A stretch of 64,000 nucleotides of DNA from positions 868,001-932,000 of the forward strand of contig CM075981.1 of NCBI GenBank assembly GCA_038087875.1. Direction: 5' to 3'. A model generated the notes under the pieces. That model was not told the DNA's origin. It ran no database searches and was given only the letters and a program-made list of their open reading frames with translations. Positions within the stretch are counted from its first letter, which is position 1. Each line of letters begins with the position of its first letter. The DNA comes from Malacoraja senta. Taxonomy: Eukaryota. Shown in pieces: positions 12,821 through 25,870 of this stretch. A program made the translations under genes and the position numbers.

Positions 12821-13338
12821 CTCCTTTTTATCTCCTACCGCTCGGGTGTAGCTCCTCCCTCTGCGACCTCTCCAATGGCTCTCGGGCCTCTGTAAGGAAC
12901 AAGCCCCGCGCTCCTTTTTAACTCCTACCGCTCGGGTGTAGCTCCTCCCTCTGCGACCTCTCCAACGGCTCTCGGGCCTCTGTAAGGAACAAGCCCCGCG
13001 CTCCTTTTTAACTCCTACCGCTCGGGTGTAGCTCCTCCCTCTGCGATCTCTCCAACGGCTCTCGGCCCTCTGTAAGGAACAAGCCCCACGCTCCTTTTTA
13101 ACTCCTACCGCTCGGGTGTAGCTCCTCCCTCTGCGACCTCTCCAACGGCTCTCGGGCCTCTGTAAGGAACAAGCCCCGCGCTCCTTTTTAACTCCTACCG
13201 CTCGGGTGTAGCTCCTCCCTCTGCGATCTCTCCAACGGCTCTCGGGCCTCTGTAAGGAACAAGCCCCACGCTCCTTTTTAACTCCTACCGCTCGGGTGTA
13301 GCTCCTCCCTCTGCGACGTCTCCAACGGCTCTCGGGCC
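12821..13338. repeat. 90-bp tandem repeat x5.8 forming the CR1 5' end
   Basis: Units start at 12821, 12911, 13001, 13091, 13181 and 13271. Confidence 0.95.
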
Positions 13339-13683
13339 AGAGTAAATACAAAACATGGGAAAGCAGGATTTAGTTACTATGCAACAAATAGCTGGAATAA
13401 ACTTCCTGAAGATTTAAGACTTGCCCCTACTTTCACCACTTTTAAAACAAGACTGAATACTTTTATGTTTACTTTAGCTTTCAGCTAAATCTTAACTACA
13501 TTGCACTTTTAACTTTTGCACTTTTCTATAATGCATTTTTAACTTTGCTTTTCTTTTCTTTTAATTCTTCTATTTTATTTCACTTTATTGTATGACATGT
13601 TTTTATGTGAAGCACTTTGAGTCTGCCTCGTGTATGAAATGTGCTATATAAATAAAGTTGCAGTTGCAGTTGCAGTTGCAGTT
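13337..13683 (+). mobile_element. L2-clade LINE, part 2 (ORF2 end, 3' UTR, (GCAGTT)n tail)
   Basis: PRVNTKHGKAGFSYYATNSWNKLP continues the frame broken at 8418; L2 tail AAGCACTTTGAG...GTGCTATATAAATAAA. Confidence 0.85.
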
Positions 13684-15434
13684 CGAGCCAGCACCGCCAT
13701 TCATTGTGATCATGGCTGATCGTTCCCTATCAATAACCCGTGCCTGCCTTCTCCCCATATCGCTTGACTCCACTAGCCCCTAGAGCTCTATCTAACTCTC
13801 TTAAATCCATCCAGTGATTTGGCCTCCACTGCCCTCTGTGGCAGGGAATTCCATAAATTCACAACTCTCTGGGTGAAAAAGTTTTTTCTCACCTCAGTCT
13901 TAAATGACCTCCCCTTTATTCTAAGACTGTGGCCCCTGGTTCTGGACTCGCCCAACATTGGGAACATTTTTCCTGCATCTAGCTTTTATATGTTTCTATA
14001 AGAACTCCCCTCATCCTTCTAAACTCCAGTGAATACAAGCCTAGTCTTTTCAATCTTTCCTCATATGACAGTCCCACCATCCCAGGGGTCAATCTCGTGA
14101 ACTGCCTCAATCACAAGGATGTCCTTCCTCAAATTAGGAGACCAAAACTGTACACAATACTCCAGATGTGGTCTCACCAGAGCCCTATACAACTGCAGAA
14201 GAACCTCTTTATTCCTATACTGAAATCCTCTTGTTATGAAGGCCAACTTTTAATTAGCTTTCTTCACTGCCTGCTGTACCTGTAAGCCAACTTTCAGTGA
14301 CCGGTGTACAAGGACGCCCAGGTCTCGCTGCACCTCCCCCTTACCTAACCTAACCCCATTGAGATAATAATCTGCCCCCTTGTTTTTGCCACCAAAGTGG
14401 ATAACCTCACATTTATCTATATTATACTGCATCTGCCACGCATCTGTCCACTCACTCAACCTGTCCAGGTCACACTGCAACCTCCTAACATCCTCTTCAC
14501 AGTTCACCCAGTTTTGTGTCATCTGCAAACTTGCTAGTGTTGCTCCTAATTCCCTCTTCCAAATCATTAATATATAAGGTAAACAGTTGCGGCCCCAACA
14601 CCGAGCCTTGCGGCACTCCGCTCGCCACTGCCTGCCATTCTGAAAAGGACCCGTTCACTCCTACTCTTTGCTTCCGGTCTGCCAACCAATTTTCTATCCA
14701 TTTCAACACCCTACCCCCAATACCATGTGCTCTAATTTTAGTCACCAGTCTCCCATGCGGGACCTTATCAAAGGCTTTCTGAAAGTCTAGATACACTACA
14801 TCCACTGGCACCCCTTCATCCATTTTACTTTACTCAAAATAATCCAGTAGATTAGTCAAGCATGATTTCCCTTTCATAAATCCATGTTGACTTGGACTAA
14901 TCATTTGACTGCTATCCAAATGCCCCATTATTACCACTTTAATAATTGACTCCAGCATCTTTCCCACCACCGAAGTCAGGCTAACTGGTCTGTAATTCCC
15001 CGTTTTCTCTCTCACTCCTTTCTTGAAAAGTGGGATAACATTAGCTATCCTCCAATCCACAGGAACTGATACTGAATCTATAGAACATTGGAAAATGATC
15101 ACCAATGCGTCCACTTTTTCTAGAGCCACCTCCCTGAGGACCCTGGGATGCAGACCATCAGGCCCAGGGGATTTATCATCCTTCAGTCCCATTAGCCTAC
15201 CCAATACTATTTCTCGCCTAATGAAATTTTCTTTCAGTTCCTCTACCCCCTTTGATCCTCTGTCCTCCAGTACATCTGGGAGATTGTTTGTGTCTTCCTT
15301 AGTGAAGACAGATCCGAAGTACCTATTCAACTCTTCTGCCATTTCCATGTTGCCCATAATAATTTCACCCGTGTCTGCCTTCAAGGGACCCACATTTGAC
15401 TTTGCTACTCTTTTTCCCTTAACATATCTAAAGA
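13684..15434 (-). mobile_element. 5'-truncated CR1 LINE (RT region, frameshifted)
   Basis: ORFs 14830-15393, 14497-14823, 14250-14567 and 14061-14246 carry RT motifs. Confidence 0.9.
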
Positions 15435-16091
15435 AGACGCCAGAATTTGAGAATTCTTGGAGTCTCAGAGGGAACTGAGGGAAGGGACATTCGTGAGTTT
15501 GCCATGGGCTTACTTAAACAACTGCTTAATCTCTCCAAAGAACCGAAAATTGAAGTGGCACACCGTGTACCGAGATTTAAACCAAGATCTCAAGCTAGAC
15601 AAGACCACCCACGACAGATTATTGTGAAATTTCGAGACATTTCAGAACTGGAAGAGGTGATGAGTAAAATCAAATATGGAGTGCAACTGAGGCTTGATAA
15701 CGACATTATCAAAATATTCAGGGACTGTCCGTATGAAATTGTGCAAAAGAGAAATCAATTCTGAAAGGCAAAAGAACTTTTAAGGGGGATGCAAGATGTT
15801 AGATACGGTGTCTTTTATCCAGCTAAAATGCGCAACTATGTTTCTATGTTTCTATCTCTTATAATGGACGTGAAAGATCATTTGTAAACCCGAAGGATGC
15901 GTACAAATATGCCCAGAGCATCGTTGAAAAGTAGCGACATAGATGGTATGAACAAACTTTTTTATTGGAATTCCACAGTTAATGGAGGATCGGCAGCTCA
16001 GAACCATTTCATGTAGTGTTTTGTTTAGGATGGCGAGACTGGTTATCTGTGGAATTTTAACTCAAGGACATTCTGTGTTCCAAACGAAGTA
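15435..16091 (+). mobile_element. L1 copy 1, part 1: ORF1 C-terminus and start of the inter-ORF spacer
   Basis: RQNLRILGVSEG...IEVAHRV...IIVKF...IKIFRD; similar to 49240-49713 on the minus strand. Confidence 0.85.
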
Positions 16092-19000
16092 TTTTTTTTT
16101 TTTTTTTTTTTTTTTAAATTTCATTTTTATTTTATTAGAAGTACAATTGTATACAATCATATTTTCATAATACCTTTCATGTACAGCTTCTTATTTAAAT
16201 TTTTTTTTGAAATAAAGAAGAAAAAGAAAAAAGTTAGATAATGAAAAATAGAAAAATGTGAGATATATAGTGTGTGAAAAAGAAAAATACAGAATGAAAT
16301 AAGAAAGTTGAGATATAGAAAATAGAAGAGAGAGAATAAAAGAAAAGATGAGAAGAAAAGAAAATAGAAGGAGATCATTTATAATCTTGACCATCCGCAG
16401 TCACGGATTAGCTTTTACACCTGTTTTGCACCATACGTTTCCAAAAAGACGACAAATGGAGACCAACTCGTTATGAATTGGTCAAATTTATCTATTAGGA
16501 GGAATCGCATTTCCTCAAGATGTGCGGTAACCAACATACTTGCAATCCACATTTTGAGCGTTGGTATTGGTGTATTTTTCCAAAATTTCAATATTAATTT
16601 TTTTGCTATTATTAAACCATAATTTAAAATTGACTTTTGAGATGAACTCAATTTGTTCCCGTCTTCCATTACCCCAAATATAATCAATTCATTATTGGGT
16701 TCCATTTTTGTCTTAAATAGTTTTATAAATATTTCGAAAATATCACTCCAAAATCCATGAAGTTTTATACAAGAAACAAAAGAGTGTGTTATAGTTGCTT
16801 CTTGGGTTAAACATTTATCGCAAATGGGCGATATATTTGGATAAAATTTATTTAATCTTGTTTTTGAGTAATATAATCTATGTAAAATTTTAAATTGGAT
16901 TAGATTATGTCTTGCGTTAATCGAACACTTGTGAATGTATGTCAAATACTTTTCCCATGTAGCCTTCGTAATTTTTATCAATAATTCCCGTTCCCACTCT
17001 TCTCTAATTACCTCGGTCACAGGTAAATCTATATTTAAGATACTATTATATAAATATGCTAATAATTTTTGTGTATCAGCTTTTATATTCATTACTTCTT
17101 CTAGTAAATCAGGAGTTATTTTTTGATATCCCTGTATGTATGTCTTCAAAAAATTACAAATCTGAAAATATTTAAAATAATGAGTGTTTTTCAGTTTAAA
17201 TTTAAATTGTAATTGTTGAAATGATAATAAATCTCCCATTTCATACATATCCCCGATCCTTTTAATTCCTAAATTTCCCATTGATTATATATTTTATCCA
17301 TCATAGATGGTTTAAATAAAGGATTATTCGCTATCGGTGTTAACAATGATAGGTTTCTTAATTTTAAGGATAGTTTTATTTGTTTCCATATTCTTATTGT
17401 ATCTTGTATAATTGGGTTTTTCTTATATATTGTATTGTTCCTTTTTTTCGGGGAGAAGAGGATTGTTCCTATATTACAAGGATAACAATCCTCTTTCTCC
17501 ATTTTTATCCATTCTGTCTGTTGAGTTGAACTATCCAACCAGTAAATTATATTCTTAATATGTATTGCCCAATAGTAATACAAAAAATTAGGGAGTGAAA
17601 GTCCCCCGACATCTTTTGGTTTACATAAGTGTTCTTTTTTAATTCTATGTGATTTGTAATCCCAAACAAAATTAGTAATATTAGCGTTCAGTTTAGAAAA
17701 AAAATATTTTGGTACATATACTGGTATAGATTGAAATAGGTATAATAACTGTGGTAAGAAGCTCATTTTAATAGCATTTATTCTGCCTATTAATGATAAA
17801 GGGAGTGTTTTCCAAAATTTTATCATTATATTGTTTATTTATTAAGGGTATAAAATTAGCATTGAATAAAGTTTTATGTTTTCTAGTAATCTGTATACAC
17901 AGATATTTGAATTTTTCTGTTGCTATTTTAAAGGGGAATTTCAATAAGTGTGTGGATTCTTGAGGTTTTAACGTCATAATTTCACTTTTGTTCCAGTTTA
18001 TTCTATATCCTGAAAAGGACCCAAATTCCTCTATTAAATTTAATAAATTTGGTATGCTCGTTTGTGAATTTGTTATATATAACAAAATATCGTCTGCATA
18101 CAATGAAATTTTATTATTTGAGTCCCTAGTATTATAACCCTGAATATTCGGATGGCTTCTTATACTTTCAGCCAGAGGTTCTATCATAAGGGCAAATAGC
18201 AGGGGTGATAAAGCACATCCCTGCCTATTACCCCTTGATAATTGAAATTTTTGAGATAACATGCTGTTAGTTAATATTCTTGCCATCGGTTTATCATATA
18301 ATAATTTCACCCATGCAATAAAATTCTCTCCCATATTAAATTTTTGTAATACTATGTATAAATACTGCCATTCTACCTGATCAAATGCTTTCTCTGCGTC
18401 CAAAGAAATAATTGCTAAGTCTTTTTCTTCCTTTTTATGTGAGTACATTATATTAAACAGGCGTCTCAAATTATTAAATGAATATCTTTTGGGTATAAAC
18501 CCCGTTTGATCAGGGTTTATCAATTTACTAATATATTTGCTTAGTCTTCTAGCTAAAGTCTTTGCTAGAATTTTCTGGTTGGTATTTAAAAGTGATATAG
18601 CTCTATATGAGCCCGGTTCCTCTAGATCTTTATCTTTCTTTGGAATAAGCGTAATAGTTGATTCTGCTAATGTTTCAGGTAATTTATTTTCTTTAAAAAC
18701 GTGAGTATATAAATTAAATAGATAGGGGGTCGTTATCTCATGAAACTTTTTATAAAATTCATTACTAAAACCATCTGGTCCCGGTGTCTTACCATTTTTC
18801 AGCAATTTTATTGTTTCACCTATTTCTTCGATTGTAATTTGCGCTCCTAGTTCTTCTTGTTCCAAAAGGTCAAGTTTTGGTAGATTACATTTATCTAAAA
18901 AATTTGTAATTTTACTATCTTCTGTTTTGGTTTTTGATGTGTATAAATTCTGATAAAATTGAACAAATCTTTTATTGATATCTTTAGGTAGTGTTAGTAA

Positions 19001-21345
19001 TTAACCATTCGCGGATTTAATTTTATTTATAGTATTTTCCTTTTCCTGTTTTTTCAATTGACGCGCCAACAGCTTATGTGGTTTGTCACCAAACTCAAAA
19101 TGTTCCTGTTTTGTAATTTGGAATAATCTTATTACTCTTGCCGAGAGAATTCGGTTAAGTTTAAATTTCAGTAGTATTATCTTATTATGTTTATCTATAG
19201 TGGGATCTTTAGCATTATCTAACCCTAACTGTCTTATTTCTTGTTCTAACAGCATCTGTTCTGTCTTATTCTTCTTATTTTGAAAAATTTCATATGAAAT
19301 TATAATTCCTCTAATAAATGCTTTAAAAGTTTCCCATATTAAAGAAGGTGAGGTACCTGGTGTATCATTTATCTCAAAAAATGATATCATTTGTTGTTTC
19401 AAATATTGATAACCCTGTAAGTCATTTAATATATATGTGTTAAACCTCCAAAAAAAATTCTTTCCCGGCATTCCTTCAAATTTTACTAAAAAAGTCAATG
19501 GAGAGTGATCAGAAATACTACTAATATGGTAAGTTGGGTTAATTATATATGGCATTAATTTCCTATCCACTAAAAAATAATCAATTCTTGAGTATGTTTT
19601 ATGTACCGAAGAGTAAAACGAGTATCCCTTCCTGCTGGGTTAGCAGATCTCCATACATCTGTTATGTTAGTATTTTTTATATATGTATTTAGAAATTCAC
19701 TAGTCTTAGATTTTGTATTACTCCTTCTTTGTTTTGCTGATTTGTCTAAGTAAGGATCTAAAACACAGTTGAAATCCCCTCCTATTATGACATTTTGATA
19801 ATTAAACTCCAGTATTATATCTATAATTTTCTCAAAAAATTGAGGGTTATCAAAATTCGGAGCGTAAATATTTACCATAGTTATTGGGGTAGCATAAATT
19901 TCTCCCGAAACTATAATATACCTTCCCTCTTTATCTGATATAGTATTCTTTAATTTGAACGGTATACTTTTCGAATAAGAATAGCCGTACCTCTAGATTT
20001 AGAAGTAAATGACGAATAATATGTTGGCCTATCCACTTCGGCTTTAATCTAATTTGTGTTTCCTGTTTCATGTGAGTTTCTTGCAAGTAGATTATGTCGC
20101 TTTTCAAAGATTTTAGGTGAGCAAAAATTGTACCCCTCTTTATGGGTTCATTGGCACCCCTTATATTCCAACTACAGAATGTGATTCCTCCATTCTTTAT
20201 TTGCCTATCGTCCTGCATTGTATATCAAAGTGATGTTCTTGAAACATATGGTGCAAACAAATACCTCCGTGTTCTGGACGTTGGGTGGTCATTCCAAATT
20301 TTTAAGTTTACATTACAACTCCATCTCCAAAAGTGCCTTAGATAAAGCAAGAAAGTTGTGATTTACAATTAATTAAGTGATTTAAAAAAAAAAGTGAAAT
20401 TAAGGTATCTAAAAGCAGGTACCTTAAAGACAAATAGCCACCTAAGGTGGCGAAAGATTTATAGACTTCCTTTGATGTTATTTTACAGTGAGCCCCAATC
20501 CCTTATTAACACCTCGTAAAAAAAAAAACTACAAACCGTCTCGTTTATTCTTGTATAACTTTATCAAACTAGCGTTAGTAAAATGCCCCCCAAAAAAATA
20601 ATTTAAAAAAAAATTAGTTATAATAATAATAATAATAACAAAAATATGCAAAGATAAAATATTAAAGAGTTAAAAAAAAAGAAGAAAAAATTAATACAAT
20701 TAAACCCCAAATCCAAATATAAACCACAACCTATTCTCATTTCTATAAGTATTTGTACTGTACCAATTTATCTAGCCAGCTACTCTACAAGCAGGTACCG
20801 AGGGGTTAACCTCATTCCTGGATTTTTTCCAAGTTTATGTTGCGTTCCTACTCAAAAAGAAAGAAAGAAAATGTTAGTAATGTTATAGACATTTTGGTTA
20901 ATTACAATTTATAAGCAATGGTTTATTCATAATTATTCATATTTACTACACACATTCACATTAGTTTTGTTAAAGTTAGTTAGTTAATTGTAATTAGCAT
21001 ATAATAGTTAAATACTCATGTTATCTCGTTCTTTGTACGAGAGCTTTTCATTCAAGGTTAAACAATATTCTCCAATACATTCCAGACAGATAAGCTCAGT
21101 AACTGTCTGAGAAATCCGCCAGTTCCAGCTCCATCTTAGAAATTAAAAAGTTCCATGTTCATTCCTTTAGTCGTCTTCTTCTTCTGTTTCCGAGGTTTTC
21201 CTCATAATATCTTCTGCATATTTAAATGCTTTTTCTGGGTCCGTAAATGAGCGCTCAATTTCCTTATATGTAATTTTCATTTTTGCAGGAAAAACAATAC
21301 CATATCTGACTTTAGAAATACCCCTCAATATGTTTCTTGTCGGTA
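16092..21345 (-). mobile_element. L1 copy 2 (divergent subfamily, 5'-truncated within ORF1), inserted into L1 copy 1
   Basis: Poly(A) at 16092; ORF2 fragments at 16415-20218 (APE, RT YADD, C-terminal CCHC); ORF1 tail near 21170-21330; 10-bp TSD AAACGAAGTA at 16082-16091 and 21346-21355. Confidence 0.9.
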
Positions 21346-21355
21346 AAACGAAGTA

Positions 21356-24300
21356 AACAGCCGAACCGAAGAGAATGGACTATACCAGAAGCATTAATTG
21401 TTTAATAGATTATAATATTAAATCCAATTGTAAGAATTGATCCTATTAACAACTTAACAATTTAACAAGTTATCAATATTAAACTAGAATAGTAACGGAC
21501 GCTAACAAAAAAAATAACGAAATAACATAACTAACATAAATTTTTACTACATTTTTACTAAATCTAAACCTTATCTATTACTGGGAGGAGGGGATGAGAA
21601 ACGAGCACCTGGCTCAGGTCCAGGAGCACGTTTCATTAACCCCTTCAACCAACAGTTGATTATTATTGAAGGTAAAATCATTCGTTTAATAATTAGTAGA
21701 TAAAATTGCGATATATATATGATATGTTATAATGAAATATATAGGGTAAATTTGTATTATATATCTGATTGTGAGGCCCCGTCCTATTATGTTATGATTA
21801 ACCAAGGGTGCGGAGTTATTTGTTTAACATCAACAATGGAAGTCGAAACAAGGTTTTCTCCCACCTACAGGTGGGCCACTTGTTACAGTGTCGACCATTT
21901 TAGACTTTTTCACTTTTTCAATTTTTAAAAAATTATTATTATTACCACATAAAGTCACATGTTTGTGTTTTATGTTTAGTGATAAGCGTAAAAGGGATAT
22001 TCCAACAAAACTTAGTAATGCAAAGGTTCCCCCAATACCCAAAGACCTGAGACATGGATGCACCGCAAGATTTAAAGGTATTATAATTATTCAAAATGCA
22101 AGATGTTAAACAAATGAACCTAGGAGGAGTCTCATTATGCAGTTGGAATATAAGAGGTATTAATGAACCTATTAAAAGGGGTAAGATATTAGCTCAGCTG
22201 AAACTGTACAATTCTGACATCATTTTCTTTCAAGAAACTCATCTAAAATCCCAGGATCAAGCTAGGTTGAGGGCGAAATGGATTGGTCAAATATATCATT
22301 CTTCATATACTTCGAAATCTAGAGATACGTCAATCATTATTAGAAAAGGTATACCATTCAAAGCAAAGAATACCATAACAGACATTGAAGGGAGATATTT
22401 GATAGTTACCAGAGAAATTCATGATACTCCAATTACCTTGGTAAATATATACACGCCTAACTTTGACAATCCTCATTTTTTCAATAAAATTCTGAACATA
22501 ATCGCAGAGTTTAATTATCAAAATGTTATAATAGGAGGAGACTTTAACTGTGGTTTAGATCCGTATTTAGACAAATCAAGCCAAAAACAGAGAGGGAATA
22601 CGAAATCTAAAACTAGTGAACTTTTAAATACTTATATAAATAATACCAATATGACAGATGTTTGGAGAATTGCTAATCCGACTGGCAGGGAATACTCGTT
22701 TTATTCAATGGTACACAAAACATACTCATGTATAGATTATTTCCTAGTGGATACAAAATTAATCCCTCACACTGTGAACCCAGCATACCATACAAATTCG
22801 ATTTCAGCCCACTCACCACTAACTTCCTTTTTAAAACTGGAAGGAATGTCTAAGAATAAATCGTTTTGGAGATTCAATTCTCAAATCCTAAAAGATCTGC
22901 AAGCGAGTATATATTTAAAAGAACAAATGGACGTCTTTTTTGAAATAAATGACACTCCAGATATATCACCTAGTTTACTATGGGAATCTTTTAAAGCATT
23001 TATTGGAGGTGTTATAATCTCATACCAAGCTTTTCAAAATAAAAAGAATAAGAATGAACAAAGACAGTTAGAAGAACTTATTAGACAAATCGATATAGAT
23101 AATGCTAAAGATCCATCAATAGATAAACATAAAAATAATAATTTTGAAATTTAAATTAAATAAACTATTATCAGCCAAACTTATAAGACTTTTCCAAATT
23201 ACAAAACAGGAACACTTTGAATTTGGGGATAAACCGCATAAACTTTTGGCACGTCAGCTAAAAAAACGAGAAAAAGAACATACGATCCAAAAGATTAAAT
23301 CAGATAGAGGGGAATTACTAACCATACCGAAGGATATTAATAAAAGATTTGCGCAATTTTATGAGAATTTGTACACATCTAAAACGACAACGGACTCCAA
23401 TAAAATTACAGAGTTCTTGGATAATTGTAATCTTCCAAAGTTAGAGTTGAAGGAACAAGAGGAATTGGGTGCACAAATTTCAATCAAGGAATTAGAAGAC
23501 ACAATAAATTCATTAAAGAATGGAAAAACCAGGTCCTGATGGATTTACTAATGAATTTTATAAAAGCTTTTATGACAAAATTATACCACGGTTACAAAAA
23601 ATGTATCAATATGCTTTTAAAAAACAAATATTACCTGATACATTAGCTGAATCAACGATCATACTAATACTTAAAAAAGACAAAGATATTGAAGAACCGG
23701 GTTCATATAGAGCTATAGCATTGTTAAATACAGATTAAAAAATATTAGCAAAAACATTAGCTAGAAGATTAAGTAAATATATTAGTAAATTAATAAACCC
23801 AGATCAGATGGGGTTTATCCCTAAGAGATATTCATCTAATAATATGAGACGTCTACTCAATATAATGCACTCACACAAAATTGAAGAACAAGAATTATCA
23901 ATTATTTCGCTGGACGCTGAAAAAGCATTTGACCAAGTAGAATGGAATTATATGGATAAAGTATTACAAAAATTCCAACTGGGAGAGAATTTTATTTTAT
24001 GGATTAAATTATTATATAATAAACCTACAGCTAGAATACTAACTAATAACATATTATCCTCGAAATTTCAACTATCAAGGGGAAACAGACAAGGATGCTC
24101 ATTATCTCCACAGTTGTTTGCTCTCATAATTGAACCTTTAGCAGAAAAAAATAGAACACATCCAGATATCCATGGGTATAATACTAAATACTCAAATAAT
24201 AAAATATCTTTATACGCGGATGATATATTATTGTACATTACAAAACCTCAAATTACTATACCAAACATACTAAATCTAATTGAGGACTTTGGATCCTTTT

Positions 24301-24523
24301 CTGGATACAGAATAAATTGGAATAAAAGTGAAATTATGTCAATAAAACCAAAAGACTCAACACATCTTTTAAAATTCCCTTTTAAAATAGCTACAGAAAA
24401 TTTAAATACTTGGGTATTGAAATCACCAGAACATATCAAGGCATGTTCAAAGCAAATTATGATCCTCTACTTAATAAATTAAATACATTAATTAAATTTT
24501 GGAAAACGCTTCCGATGTCTTTA
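21356..24523 (+). mobile_element. L1 copy 1, part 2: spacer and frameshifted ORF2, running into the gap
   Basis: ORFs 22096-23154 (APE), 23144-23539, 23520-23738 and 23808-24482 (RT YADD). Confidence 0.9.
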
Positions 24524-24723
24524 NNNNNNNNNNNNNNNNNNNNNNNNNNNNNNNNNNNNNNNNNNNNNNNNNNNNNNNNNNNNNNNNNNNNNNNNNNNNN
24601 NNNNNNNNNNNNNNNNNNNNNNNNNNNNNNNNNNNNNNNNNNNNNNNNNNNNNNNNNNNNNNNNNNNNNNNNNNNNNNNNNNNNNNNNNNNNNNNNNNNN
24701 NNNNNNNNNNNNNNNNNNNNNNN
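24524..24723. other. Assembly gap (200 N)
   Basis: Run of N. Confidence 1.
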
Positions 24724-25647
24724 TATTCCATGCTTTAATTGTGCGGGGGAACTCCATGGAGCAGCCAGCAACTCTGGATAGAAGAAATTGGGTGAAGTTT
24801 CGGGTAGAGTTTCTTTAGACTCCCTCGGGTTTAAGTGTTTTTAGTTTAATTTAAAGATACAGCGTGGAAAACAGGCCCTTCGGGCCACCGAGGTCCACGC
24901 CAACCACCGATCACCCATACGCTAGTTCTATCCCACACATTAGCGGAGTAAGTCAAGGGTCAAGAGTGTTTTGTTCTCCTCACGTCCCCAATTGGAACAA
25001 TGAAATCCTTACTTGCAGCAGCACAACAGAATATGTAAACATAGTACTCTGTAAACAATGTTTTAAACGAGAAAACAGAACGGTGTATATTTATATATGA
25101 ATATATAACTATATATATGTGTGTGTGTTTAATATATATACCCACACACACATACACACAATTTCCCTCCTGGGATTAATAAAGTTGTATCGTATAGTAT
25201 TGTGTGTGTAGGAAGGAACTGCAGATGCTGGTTTAAACTGAAGATAGACACAAAAAGCTGGCGTAACTCAACAGGTCAGACAGAATCTCTGGACAAAAGG
25301 AAAATATTACATTTTGTGTTTGGTCTGAAATAGGTTCCTGCACACCTTTGGGATGTGGAAGGAAACAAGAGCACCCGGAGAAAACCCATGCGATCAAAGG
25401 GAAAAGGAGCAAACTCCATACAGACAGCACCCATATTCAGGATCAATTCTGGGTCTCTGGCACTTTTAGGCAGCAACTTAATGGCCAATGTACTGCCCCA
25501 TAGTCCTTGAACTGAATTAAAACATACAGTAGCTGTAAAGGGGGACATAGCGTCACTTGGAGATTTAAAACTGAAAATGGATATTTTCATTTTTTTTAGT
25601 AACCAAAGTTATCAAAGTATAATTTTTTGTGTGTTGGAAAAGTAAAT

Positions 25648-25870
25648 ATAGTGGCACAGCTGGTAGATTTGCTGCCTCACACGCCAGAGATCTGTGTTCG
25701 ATCCTGTCCTCGGGCACTGTCTGTGTTGAATTTGCACATTCTCCCTGCAAGCGTGTGGGTTTCCTCCCACATCCCAAAGATGCATTGGCTTTGTAGGTTA
25801 ACTTGTCTCTGTAAAATTGCCCTGAATGTGTAAGGAGTGGGTGAGGAAAGTGGGATAACAGAACTTGTGT
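25648..25870 (+). mobile_element. HE1-type V-SINE
   Basis: Head and V core present. Confidence 0.75.

Larger units (their letters stand above)
8419..13338 (-). mobile_element. Full-length CR1-clade LINE (HER1-like) inserted into the L2
   Basis: Tandem-repeat 5' UTR, ORF1, ORF2 (APE endonuclease + RT) and (CTAT/GTAT)n 3' tail. Confidence 0.92.

Noticed and set aside
12806-13351. 181-aa repetitive ORF and possible CRISPR-like array
   Set aside because: It is a translation of the 90-bp tandem repeat. There are no unique spacers or cas genes, and the context is eukaryotic.
16157-16394. F/L/I-rich ORFs that look like membrane proteins (also 44108-44567)
   Set aside because: They are translations of T-rich L1 3' UTRs.
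24410-24781. ORFs spanning the N run
   Set aside because: Artefacts of translating through the assembly gap.
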